DNA of 61,370 nt, filler included, from Jimgerdemannia flammicorona (Eukaryota), in the NCBI GenBank assembly GCA_003990765.1. It is 3 parts of 3 records of this genome, joined end to end, with 100 filler letters (N's around TTAATTAATTAA, not from the genome) between each part and the next. Parts side by side here need not be neighbours in the genome. Positions count along the whole stretch, not along the records: positions 20,497 to 40,887 come from RBNJ01001694.1; positions 40,988 to 61,370 come from RBNJ01001695.1; 1 more part is not named here. One strand, given 5' to 3'. Of the stretch, positions 38,908 to 51,400 are shown one piece after another (position 1 is the stretch's first letter; the number at the start of each line of letters is the position of its first letter). The notes beneath the pieces are model-generated. The model did not search any database, was not told the origin of the DNA, and saw only the letters and a program-made list of their open reading frames with translations. The position numbers were made by a program, and so were the translations under genes.

Positions 38908-40376
38908 GTAATAGTACTGAGGCTACTAATATCTAGTTTAGAGATTTCTTCAATTATCTTCCTAGATCTAGATAATGTGGTAAGAATTTCACTAGATCTG
39001 GTAGCTTATAGTTCTTATTGATAAATTATTCTTACTTATATACAGAGAATTCAATAATAGAAGTGAGATTTCTTTTAATAGATATAGTATATCTTATAGT
39101 TTAGAAAAGTCTTAGCTTTATAGTAGAAATTATTTAGGAGTTTGTTCAGAAAGTATTTGGTTATAGCTTTAATAGATTCTTGAGTATATTTCTCATAGAA
39201 GTAATTACTAACTAGTTTGTTGAAATTCTCCTTAAGTTCAGAAGTATAGGGGACTTTTTTGTTAAGTGCAAGAAAAGTATTGAATACTTTTTAGATGATT
39301 TTGTTGTTGAGTTTATCAAACTTCTCTTAGCTGGTAAAGTTTCAGTCTACTTGATAATGATTTTATTAGTTTTTTCAGCTTATGTCTGAAGAGTATTCAG
39401 AGTAAAGATTCATCTTAATTATCATTAATAATATTAGTAATATTGATCAGTTCTAATTACTTGTTATAGATTCTTAAAGAAAGATTACTCATGGGTAGAG
39501 AGTAACTATCCACTATTACTAAATTATAATAAAACTATATACTGATAGAATTAATATATTATAGATAATCAATAGTAACTATTAGTCCTAAGTTCTGAGT
39601 TCTTAAGAAAGTACTGAGTTTCAGTTGCTTACTGTAGTAGAGTCCAAGTATTGCTTTTGATTCTAGTGCTAGAAGAAGTGGTCATACTTATATCTTAAGT
39701 TAATTAGACTCAGAATTATTAACAAGTTAGATCTGAGAAGTTCTTATAATAAGAATACTACTTTATTCTTATATTTGAGAAAAGTAGAGCTGAGGTTACA
39801 ATATACTTAGTATAGAGAGTATTTATATATATTCAAGACTATAACTAAATATAATGTACTGAATATATCTATATATAATTATACTACTTTAGATAACTAT
39901 AACTACTAGTTGAAAATTCCAGAGACTTATAATAATTTGTTATAATTATAGTGATATAGACTGATTGTTTTCCTCACTATAGCTCAAGATTTTGGGAAGT
40001 TCTATCTTTATCCCTTAGTCTGTAACTATTTGCAGACAAATTTATTTATAAAAAATTATAATTTTTGTAAATTTATATCTTTATTAATATAAAAAATATT
40101 TATCTGAAAAATTAAAATAATATTAATAATTTTTTCAGACTGTTATCTAATTTATTCAAATTTATATTTATTTTTTAACTTTAGTTCTTAGTTTGTAATA
40201 TAGGTAAATTTGTCTATAAAAATTAAACATTTTATAATATTATCAATAATAAAGATATTTACCCCTAATTATTAAATAATAATAACAAGATATATCAACT
40301 TACAAATTATCAAACATTTTCTAATTTAATAATAGAGTATTATTTTATTTTTATTTTTAAAGCTGCAAGCTGCTTC

Positions 40377-40565
40377 AAAATTCAAAATTAGATATATCAG
40401 ACATATTTGCTTATATCTCAATAAAAAGACATTCAATATTGAAGTTATTAAGCTTGTTGGAATGCCCTGAATCATAGTTTTCCAACAAGCCTACATATGT
40501 TAAGATTGGATGCCTTTTCACTGAGATATAAGTAAAAATGTCTGATATGTCAAATCGCGAATTTT
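40377..40565. repeat. Imperfect palindrome (~85-bp arms, ~17-bp centre), probable DNA-transposon relic
   Basis: ATATCAGACAT...CTTATATCTCA...GCTTGTTGGAA / TTCCAACAAGC...TGAGATATAAG...ATGTCTGATAT. Confidence 0.7.
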
Positions 40566-40887
40566 GATGATTCAGCACTACCAACATGCTCAGTTCTAGC
40601 ATTGCCAAGAACTGTAAATGCAATCACAGAGTGGATCCGAACCCTGTCCCTTTTGGGCGAAGAGAAGAGTGCTCTTTTAGAAATTTATAGATTCTTATTC
40701 TTCTGATTTTACTCCTGAATTTGCTGAAATGCATGATATCACTGTTGCTTTTTTAAGGATATAGTTAAAAATTCCCTGCTCACAGAAATGATTGGCCATG
40801 ATATCATCAAAATATTCATAAGGATACAGTTCAAAATGCATACTGCTTTTCAATACGACAGTCTTAAAAGGTTCATTTTTTTTTTTT

Positions 40888-40987
40888 NNNNNNNNNNNNN
40901 NNNNNNNNNNNNNNNNNNNNNNNNNNNNNNNTTAATTAATTAANNNNNNNNNNNNNNNNNNNNNNNNNNNNNNNNNNNNNNNNNNNN
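40888..40987. other. Artificial assembly spacer
   Basis: 100 bp of N with TTAATTAATTAA. Confidence 0.97.
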
Positions 40988-42146
40988 TTATTTTTTTTTT
41001 TTAACAGTCTCTATATCTCATAGATTTTATTGAAAAAACCTAGACTCTATAGGCCAAAACTCTTACCCACCTTTTCTCAGCATTATATCTTTATTAAACC
41101 TAGGCTAGCTATTGTCCAGCAGCTCAACTATACTAGGTAGAGCAGAACTTATACAGCCTATACCTCATTCTATATACCATGCTCTCTCTACTACTAGGAA
41201 GAAGTGACTATACCAATGACTAAAAGTATATATCCGAAACTCTATTATATATATAAGGCCATATCTGAGCTAAATAGAATAGCCTCTGCTATTTCAAATA
41301 GAATAAAAAATAAAGAAAACACTCTTCAAAAAATATAGTATAGTGAGTTGGACCAAGTTCTCTTCAATGAGATCAGTAGAGGACTTATATATAAGATAAG
41401 AGGAAATCTCCAATAGCTACTATTTAAGCCTATAGGCCTTGATTATATTGCCACATCAACTCTTAGTTCTAGTTAAATGCAGCTAAGATATCTGACTCTG
41501 GTAGCCTTCAGCCTACTAATAATACCCAAGCAATACTATAGTATACTAAGAGTAGCTGAGAGTGATATCTAATATCTAATCATTCTATAAATCAAAAGAC
41601 TCTACTAATATAGTATTTATACTAGCCCTGATAACTATCACTAGTCTGGCACTCTACCGGTCTACTGTAATTGTCCTTTCTCTTATCTGTGACAGCCATC
41701 TCCTCTTCTATAATAATATTACTCAAATAATAGTCACCTATATCAGAACTATACTCAACAGAAAGCTCACCAAAGCTCAGAGAGCTCAATAAAAATACTG
41801 AGGACCTGCTGGAATCTTCACTGGTACTTGATGCCCAAGGTTGGCCAACTCTCTATATAGACTATAATATATTATAATAATATCTTATTAATAATAACAA
41901 AAGAAAGAAAGTACTATACCAAAATAAGTATATCTCAGACATATCCAGAGATATCAGAAACTATGAAAAAGTAGAGAAGACTCTAATCTGATACTAATAA
42001 AGAGACAACTTGTCACCATTGCCTCCATCTCACTGTCTTGTAATAGATATAGTAAACTAACCCAAGATAGAGAGAGTATAAGTTGTAGAAAAAGAACTTG
42101 GAAGATTACCTACCAAACCTTATGACTGGTAAGATAGTGGAGAAAG
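40988..42146 (-). mobile_element. S1 retroposon copy 6 (old, subfamily b), full length
   Basis: Poly(T) at the contig start. 5' end CTTTCTCCACTATCTTACC. Confidence 0.85.
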
Positions 42147-44000
42147 AAGCTATTGAGCTGCATTTACTTATTCTTCAGCTCTTCTAATATCTAAGATGTG
42201 AACATACTGAGCAATATTTGGGAAAATTCCATTTATGAAGATTATTGAATCTATGATGTCCTGGTTAGTAGTATTGAACCTGACTGCATATATTCCTTTC
42301 TGGATTCTGATAAAGAATATCCTAGATAATTCTCTGAGATTTATCTTCATCTTTATGATGAATTCTTAGGCCTTATAGTGGGTTTTATTTTCTGGATATT
42401 TTTTGATAAGTTAGTAGCTCTTGGCTTTATATTCTTCTTCTTAAGATACTGCTGTCTGAATGGCTGTTCTAAGTTCTATATGTATATTATTTACTGCTTA
42501 GTTGAAAATTCCCTTATCTGGTTTCCTGAGTTAGACTTTAAAGATAGCTATGATTTCTTCAATTCTATCAAAGAATTCTCTTGGGTCTTCTTCTGGATAT
42601 CTTGCAAAGATTGGCATTTGAGTGGTCATTTAATTGTCATTGTCTTCTAGTTCTGATTTTGGTTCTAATTTACTTTCTGAGTTATTGCTAGAGCTTGAGA
42701 TACTTGAGTATCCTGAAGATAGAGTTATTGGTCTTGAGTAAGATACAGTAAGTCTGGGTATTCTTGAAGGGACTATTTCTGGTCCTTCTATGCTATAGTT
42801 ACTATTCCTAATACTGGTTCAATAGGGAAGACTAGTGGAGCTCTCAAGGGAAACCAGGCTTATACAATGAGGGTTTTTAAAAGCTTATTAAAGTTTCTGA
42901 CAGAGTTATCTATATTGTCTAATTGATCTGATTGGGTCAGGATTAATAAGTCTGCTAGTTCTGGTTAAGAATTTTATACCATACTGACCTCTTTCTGAAA
43001 TTCTTCTGATGTAGAGTAATTAGTAAGTTTTGAGGTAATTATTTCTTTTTCTATCTAAATACTAGTAATGATTAATTCTCCTATAATAGCAGAGATTAGT
43101 ATTGAATCAAATATATCCAGTTTGGCTATTGAATTCTTGTGAGCTAAAAAGTTATATAGATTTTTAAAAATCTTCTCAGTTGAGCTCTCAAATATAATAT
43201 ACTGGCTCAATAGAGATAAATTATAAGATTAGAGCTATTATATAGATTGGCTTGAGCCCCTGTTACTTTGTCAAAAGTAACAAAATGTTCAATGGTTTTT
43301 CTCAAAAATATATAAGTTCTGTTTTATATATAATATAGATAATTTTGATTATATTTCCTAATTAGGCAAATCAGTATAATATAGCAAATTTAACAGACTT
43401 CTTAAATAAAACATATATCTTAGATGGCATGTATCTTTCCTGAATTAGCAAACTTCTTAAAAATAGTGGTAAAGCTCTTTACTTGAACTTAGTAATAAAG
43501 ACTTTCTATCAGAAAGTAGACTAAAGTAGAAAAAAAAGCTCACAATCTTCTAAGTAGTAGCTATATAGAGTGAGGGTTTCACTTAAGTATTATAATCCTT
43601 TCTGGATTAAGAGACTTTTGGTAGATATATCTCTCAAAGTATATTAGGTAGACTTGTCTTTTACTTTAGAACTTTTCAGATGAAGATTTATTTACTCAAT
43701 TCTCTGAGGAATTTTATATAGTTATAATTACTATCTAGTTACTATATAGCTAACTTTAGATTGCTATTTCTGATAATATTTGACTGTTTCTATTAGAAAA
43801 ATGAATCTCAAATTCTGGTACAGTATATAGCTAAGAATACTTTGTACTCTTACATATTTGGCTATCTGGGTTATTTATATAAATTTATACAATAGAGTAG
43901 TCTTGGTAATCTAGTTTATCTAATATAATATATAGCTAAATTATAGTGACTAATTTGGATATGTTTCTCTGCTGGCTCATTATACTACTAAGAACTAAGA
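42147..44000 (-). mobile_element. Very decayed probable LTR-retrotransposon gag/protease relic
   Basis: HILDIRRAEE resembles a mutated aspartic-protease LD(S/T)GA site. The DNA is AT-rich and transition-saturated; boundaries are uncertain. Confidence 0.35.
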
Positions 44001-44725
44001 CTAAAAGATTATAAAAGCCAAAAATACTAAAAAAGACTCTAGTGAAAAAAGTAAAGATAATTGTAAAATATTTATTTATATTACTTACTAACTTGTAGAG
44101 AGAATCTTTAAAATCATTATTAATACTGGAGTAAAAGAATATCTCCTTAATAATAAGGTTATAGACTATCTAGTTTTGAAAATTAAAGAGATTTGTTAAG
44201 TTGATATTTATTATAACAGATGAGATAAGTGCCCTATTTTTAAAGAAGATCTAAGATATTTATCAAGTTTAGAAAAACAATTATCTTAGTTGATATAATT
44301 ATAATTAATACAACTGTATTTAATATTCTTATTAGCAATTAGTAGCTTTATAAGATTAGAGCAATAATTGATATATATAAATGTTTATAAGATATAAATT
44401 ATCTACTGATGATAGAAAATAGACTAGATCATTCTAAAGAAATAGTATTAGAAGATTACTGATAGTTATATCTTAAGAAATATAGGAGCAAAGGTCAGCT
44501 GGTATTAGGTGTGAGAGAAGTGCAGTAGCAGACTAGGATAGGATAGGTTATCTAGGCAGCAAAGGGAATAAAGGGCAGAGAGGAGCAAGTTAGGGATTTC
44601 AGAACTCTCTATATCTGATTTCTTCTGAGCTACTAGCTGCTGCTATAGCATGAGGACATTTTACTATATATTTTCTAAAATAAATAATAAAGTGCTCAAG
44701 CACTTGTAGAAATATATATATATAT

Positions 44726-45173
44726 TGTAACATAGCAGATGCTTAACCTTGGAAGTACATCAGATTTCTGTATCTTGAAAACTTGTTCTTCTTTGACTCT
44801 GCAGAGTCCTCAGGATATAGGGGTGGGTGAGTTCAAAGTATATCTGCCTGCAGGCTTACTAGTTCCTTTGCTTTCTCTTTTGCTTGAACTATTTTGATCT
44901 GAGGTTTATTCACTCTAAGATACTGGGTTATTTATACAAGTTTGCTAGCTATAAAGTGGCTAAGTAATGAGTCATTTTCTGTCAGTATTGAATCTTTTAA
45001 CATCTGTGAAGATTTCACCATCTCTTAAAACTTTGCCAATGGTAAAGTTTTCACCAGTAGTGAAATATGGCTGCTATTTGTAAGACTACACTATATTTGG
45101 GAATTGGATTCAGGTACCACAACAGATGTCTAATTTCTCTAATTCATATTACTAATTTGAATTGACTATCACA
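44726..45173 (-). repeat. Gypsy-2 3' LTR
   Basis: TG...CA. PPT AGGAGGAAGT at 45174-45183 (minus). Paralog of 56872-57320. Confidence 0.93.
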
Positions 45174-45181
45174 ACTTCCTC

Positions 45182-45700
45182 CTAAATAGATGACTCATCT
45201 CTGAAGTATCCTATTCACTCAAACTCCCATGCTTCTATGATTTTTATCTCCTTGTATTGTGCAATTTGTGTCATAACATTCTTCCAATGTTGTCTCTTTT
45301 TTTTTTTTTTTTTTTATACTTCCAATGTTGTCTCTTGATGCATCCAAAGTCAGTTGGGGCTACTTCTGGAAAATGGGCTAGGGCTGGCTCATTATCTCTG
45401 AATAACTTATGCACTCTCTTGGTGATTGTAATCTGAGTATAGGAGAGTTGACATTCCATGATCTAGTCTTCTTTTCCCATGTTTGGCTTTGAATTCAGTA
45501 GCTTCCCTAAGCTGAAGTATTCTTGAAGCTTGGTCTGGTTTTGGTAGGCCTTAAAATGCGAAATCCATGACAAGTGGGTCTGGACTATACTCTGGATGCT
45601 GTTGAAGGATTCCTCTATTATGGGTGGCTCAGTAGAATACCACTGACTTTCTATGGCTCATTGGGTGGCACTTGTGATCCTGAGGGCAGTTGCATTACTT
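45182..45700 (-). pseudogene. Extra ORF downstream of the Gypsy-2 integrase
   Basis: ...KLQEYFSLGKLLNS...TKRVHKLFRDNEPALAHFPEVAPTDF...HWKNVMTQ...DESSI* ends at the PPT after removing the 45299-45318 insert. Start is uncertain. Confidence 0.5.
45299..45318 (-). mobile_element. Minimal L1-type insertion: poly(A) plus ~3 nt
   Basis: 18-bp TSD CTTCCAATGTTGTCTCTT at 45281 and 45319 around T17-ATA. Confidence 0.85.
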
Positions 45701-48430
45701 TGTTAACTGTTCATGGTACTTCTTGAGTTAGTTTCAGTAGATGGTAGTGGGAATGATTGTGCCTGAGAGTTTTCATAGCTAAAAGGTGGTTCCTTTTATA
45801 TCTTGTACAAGATAAGGTCATTTCCACTTAGGCTCTAGATTTTGTGACCATGAAGCTTCTACTATATTTTGATACACCAGGACTTTGTCTCCTATCTTGA
45901 TAATCTCCAGGGGCTTGTGAATCTTTTCTGCATTATTCTGCTGTAGTATCTATACCTTGTTTATATAATCTTCAGCCTTCTTCCTGATTTGGTATAGTTT
46001 CCATATCTCCATGTCTACACATTTCCATACTGCATCTTGATTGGTCAATAGAGTTCCTTGAGAACTTTCTTCTCTGAACAGCATTTCTCAGAAAGTAAAA
46101 TGGGTACTCTGTGATTGAATATCCTGAAGAGCAGATAATACTATTAGCAGATAGTGATCCCAGTTTTTGTAGTTATCGCAGATCTTGGCAATAATATTCT
46201 TAAGAGTCTTGTTGGTCCTTTCCACTTATCCATTTCCTTGGAGATGATATGCTGTGGTCCAAATGTGCTAGATCTTATACTTTTTGTAGAGAACTGGTTC
46301 ACAAATTCTGTTCCTCTGTCTGTAGTTACTTGTGTTGAGGTCTTGAATTGGCAGATGATTTCTTTGTGAAAGAAATCAGCAATTGACTGTGCATTAGCTT
46401 TCTTGAGAGGTCCTGCCTCTATCTATTTCATAAAAAGGTCTACAATGACAATAATATATCAGTTGCCAGTTAAGGTCGGAGGTAGTGGGCTGATTATATC
46501 CATTGCTATGTGGGCAAAGGTCACTGGTTCTATGTATACTGATCCTGGGGTCTGATTTTATTGGTCTTGTTTCTGTTTTTGGCATTTGTTGCAGGTGTTG
46601 ACAAATTGTCTGATGTCCTCCTCCATTCCTGGTCACCACATTGTTCTTCTTGCTTTATCATATATGTTGGTTCCTCCAAGATGGCCAAGTTTATATACTG
46701 ATTTCATTGCTTGCTTCTTCTTGTGTTCAGGTATAACTAGTAGCTTTACTTTCTTTAGTATTTTTCCATCAGTTTTGAATTGTTTCTATGTTCTATTGAT
46801 AATCATTAGAGTCTATTTTTTCAAATGTTGGGGCATCTTTTGCTGTCCCAGGTATGTGATAATTCCATAGTAGAGCTCTTTATTCATTATTGGTTTATTG
46901 GTTGAGAGTCCTTCAGGGTATCTGTGAGAGGACATCTGTATTGGCATTGGTTCTTCCTGGGTGGTGCACAATGGATACATCATAGGCTTATAACTTCATG
47001 ATCCATCTAGCATAGATTCCTTTGGGTTATCCAGTGGTCAGTAGCCAGGTGAGGGCTGAGTGGTCTGTCTGAATGGTGAAGTGTCTTCTGGCAAGATAGT
47101 AGTGGAACTTTTCTACAGCCCAGATGACTGCAAGATACTCCAACTTATACAATTCATATTCTTTTTCAGCTCCTTGTATTCCTCAACTAAGGTATGTAAT
47201 GACATACTCTACTTTTTCTTTCTTTTGGACCAGGACAGCTCCTAGTCCTTGTATACTTACATCTGTTTGAAGAATGAATTCTTGAGTCCAGTCTGGTCTT
47301 CTAAGGATGGGTGCTTGGGTCAGTCTGACCTTGAGCTCATCAAATACTTGTTGCTGCCTGCCAGTCTATTGGAACTTGGTATCCTTCTTATTGAGTTCAT
47401 AGATTGGACCTACAATATTAGAGAATCCTCTAATAAATCTTTGGTAATATGAGATGAGTCTCATGAAGGCTTGGGCTTCAGTAATGGTAGTGGGTCTTGG
47501 GTATGCTGCTACTGCTTGTATCTTGAGGGGTTCAGTGTATGTTCTATCTCAGTTGATGACATGACCAAGGTAGGAGATCTCAATTTCTGTGAACTTGCAT
47601 TTCTTAAGCTTGATGTAAAGGCCATGCTTCCTCAACTTCTCCATCATCTGCTGGATATGCCACAGATGTTCTTCAGCTATCTTGTTGTAGATGATTATAT
47701 CATCTACATAAACCATCATCCATCTTCCTATATCATAGCAGAAGATTTTGTTCATCATTCACTAGAAGCTTGCTGGTGCATTACACATTCCAAATGGTAT
47801 TCACAGGTAGACATAGGTTCTGTCTGGGGTGATGAAAGCTGACTTTTCACTTGCTGTTTCAGTGAGACTGATTTGATCAAATCCTGAGTATACGTCCAAG
47901 GTGCTGTAATGCTGTGCTTCATCTCCTAGAGTTACAAGGATGTCACTGATAAGGAGCAGTAGTTGGCAATCTTTCTTAGTGACCAGGTTGAGTATTCTGT
48001 AATCAGTGCAGAGTCTTGGGGTGAATTCTCCTGGCTTGCTTCTTTTCTTTGGGGCCAGTACAACTGGTGAAGCCAAAGGACTACTGGCTTCTTTGATAAT
48101 ACCAGCTTCTTCCATCTGCTTGATTTCTTCCCTAAGCCATTCATGGTAGGCTGGCAGGATGGGTCTTGCCTTCTGATAAATTGGTTTGGTGTCTTCTATG
48201 GCTATATCATAGTAGTAGTGTGGGATCTTTCCTTTGATATCCTTGAAGTCTGTGGCAAGGATATTCTCAAATTTGTATAGTATCTTCTTGAGTTCCTTTT
48301 TGAGTGGAAACTCATTTCCAATGGTATAGCTATGCTTGATTGTAGTTTCCTCCTTCTTGTGGTCCAGTTCAGTGATCTTGGTACTAGTGAATACTCCTCT
48401 TCCAGTAGATCCGAATTCTTTTCTTCCTCT

Positions 48431-51400
48431 TTTTTTTTTTTTTTTTTTTTTTTATAGTCACTTAGACTCCGCCATTTATTACCAGTCTATTTGTAAGTAT
48501 ACAGTTTCCCTCCCACTATCCGATTCCCATAGGTGGGCCCCTCCCCACCCTTCCCCAGACAAAGACTACCTTCTCCCCCACTACTCCAACCCTTCCCTCA
48601 CTCTGTCTACATATTTTCTCCACCAATCGACGCCTCTGACCACTCTGCAACCCCCAACCAAGCCACCAGCCCATCAAGGTGTCTTCTATAAGACTATGCC
48701 ATTGCATCAGCTGGACCTCCAAGCCCAGTCTCCTCCCCTCCTCAAAAACGAATAGCCAGTGGCCAGCCAACCCTACCCAAATGGCTAGAGCCCAGCCTAG
48801 TGTGAGCCATTCCTTTCCCACCCCTCCCACCAGTCTGTCCCTCAGATCCTCCCACCACTCCTGCCTGCCAACTTCCCTGCACCCTACTCTCAGACGAACC
48901 CCAACAGTTTGCCAAAAGTCACAAAGTACCTCACACTCCCCTAGTCAATGTTCAGGTGTCTGCACATATCCCCCTTCCTGTTCTACATTATAGCACTCCT
49001 CGCAGTCAAAGCAACCTCCCTCAATAAGGTGACCTGAGTGGTGATTGAGCATGACATTTCTCCTCAGCATTCACCACCAAGTCACCCAGTACTTTGGTGG
49101 CATCAATCTTCTTACCTCAGCACTTCAGGCCCAGACACCATACCAGTCCCACTCCTCACCAATGCCTACTCCTTACCAACCACTGGGCCACAGATGCTGG
49201 CCTGGTCCCCACTGGCATTCTATCTCATTACTGATATCAAACTCAAGTAAGGGAACACCGCCTAGCAACATCTGGTCCCATCTCCACATCGCTGGGTCCC
49301 ACTCCACCTCTCCTTCATTTCCCTATCACTGGATTCCTATGTGGTGCGCCCCTTCCGCCACCCCGCATCAGAAAACTTTGTATCTCAATTGATTAGTGTT
49401 CCAAAGTCTAACCAAGGAAAGGAGATCGCCAGTTGAGCCTTGCAGCAAGGACCTCCTCTCCCATACCTTCTGCAATAGGGGAACCCAACCTCCCCCTTTC
49501 AACTCCACCGCTCTCTTCAGCCACTATGCCCTCAAGCAGTATAGCCTTTTAGGAAAGTCAACCAGTCCAAGTCCACCACTCACTACTGGTAAGGACAAGA
49601 CCTCCCAACTGATCTGGCTCCTTCTTCCAGCCCAGATCCAACCCTTGGCTAGCTTCATCAGCCTCTTCACCACCCAGGTTGGGAAGTTCAGATGATATGC
49701 CAGATACCACAACTTCAGCAGCCAGTAGACATTCAAAATTGAGACATGCCCTGTCAGAGACAATTGGCGGCCCCCCCAACTCCACAGGACCTCCCCCCAG
49801 ATTCCAACCTGCTGCTCTCACCAAAGCCTGGGTAGCACTGACCCATACACCAATAGATAGATACCCAAGTACCACACTGCCTCACCAGCTAGGACAATTG
49901 TTCCAATAACCTCCCCTCCCACTAGACCATTGAACACCATTGTTTCGCACTTATGCTAATTAAGTCTTTCCTCCGAGTTCTCCTCATACCACTCCACTGT
50001 CTCCTTAAGCTCCTCAATATTAGCAATTGATCCCAGTCTGACCACCATGTCATCTGTAAAGGTCCCTACCTTCCACCCAATGCCAAAGATGGAGAGCCTC
50101 ACTATCCTCTGCCTGATCCTATCTAGTAAAGGTTCCAGGGAAAGGGCATACAGAATGGGGGACAACAGGTCCCCCTGGGGCACCCCCCTATCTAAGGGAA
50201 ATACTACCCCTCAATGCCCATTACACATGACTGCAGCTCTACTCCCTTCCAGTAGACTGATCATCGCTGACCAGAACTAGTGTGGGACCCCAGTCCTATC
50301 TAAGACTTTCGCCAGCCAGACCTATCTCACCCAGTCGTAAGCCTTCTCTTGGTCCAAAAAGACCAAGCACCCATCCAATCCACATGCTCGTGTCCCTTCA
50401 ATAACTCCATGCACCCAGGCTGTACCATCTCTAATGAGCCATCCCCCTACAAAGCCCCTCTGCTCTATGCCCAAGATTTGCTGGGCCACCTTTTGTAGTC
50501 TTGCAACCACCACCTTAGTAACCAACTTTCTGTCTATATCCAGCAGCATAATTGGCCTCCAGTTCTTCCAGTCCTCTCGCCTTCCTTTGTACTTATAAAG
50601 TAATATCACCAACCCCAGATTCTGGTCTCCCACCCATCTTCCCAACTGTAGAATAAAATCACACAATTCTGTCATCTCACCCAGCACTTCAGGGATCCCG
50701 ACCATCTTCTTCCAGAAGTCCCAGGGTAAACTGTCCTCCCCTGGCACTGTACCTGGCATTGTTGTGGCAAGAACCTGATGGATCTCCTCTTCCTGGACTG
50801 GTAACACCAAGTCACCAACCCCATCTACTCGTGGGGGGTGCCAGTCTTCCAAAGCATGGCCAATGGCATCGGCATCTACCCCACCCTCCTCCTCACACCA
50901 CAATCTACTCCAGTGCATCTTTAAGGATCCCAGAATGTTCTGTATACTATGAACCAGTATACCCCCAGAGTCAAGCACTCCCTCCCACCTTTGCTGCACC
51001 CTCCTTGCCTGAAGGGCTCTCATGAGATACTTAGAGGGCCTCTCTCCTTCCTCCAAACCCTGCTAACGTAGCTGCACTGCCAAGCTCTGCACCCTTGCCT
51101 CTTCCTCCTCCCGCAGCACCTGTTGTAGTTCACCAACCTCCCTCTTTGCCCTTATTGTTCTCCAATCCTCCTCTCCCTCCAATGTCACCAGTCTCACCCA
51201 ATCCCCCAAGAGCCTAGACAGTCTACTAGAAGCCCATCTAACTCTTCACCTCCTCTGTTTCCCAGCCTCCTTGCCAGCCCCACCTCAGTAGGTCCTGGCC
51301 ATCTCTTTCATCCTTATCCACCAAACATCAACTGAGGCCCCTTTCTGCCTCCAATACTCTATCTATAGCTGAATGTCCATAGCCCACCCATCCCACCAGA

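Noticed and set aside
38910..40370. AT-rich stretch starting TGTAATAG, possible LTR element relic
   Set aside because: Too decayed to assign domains or a partner LTR.
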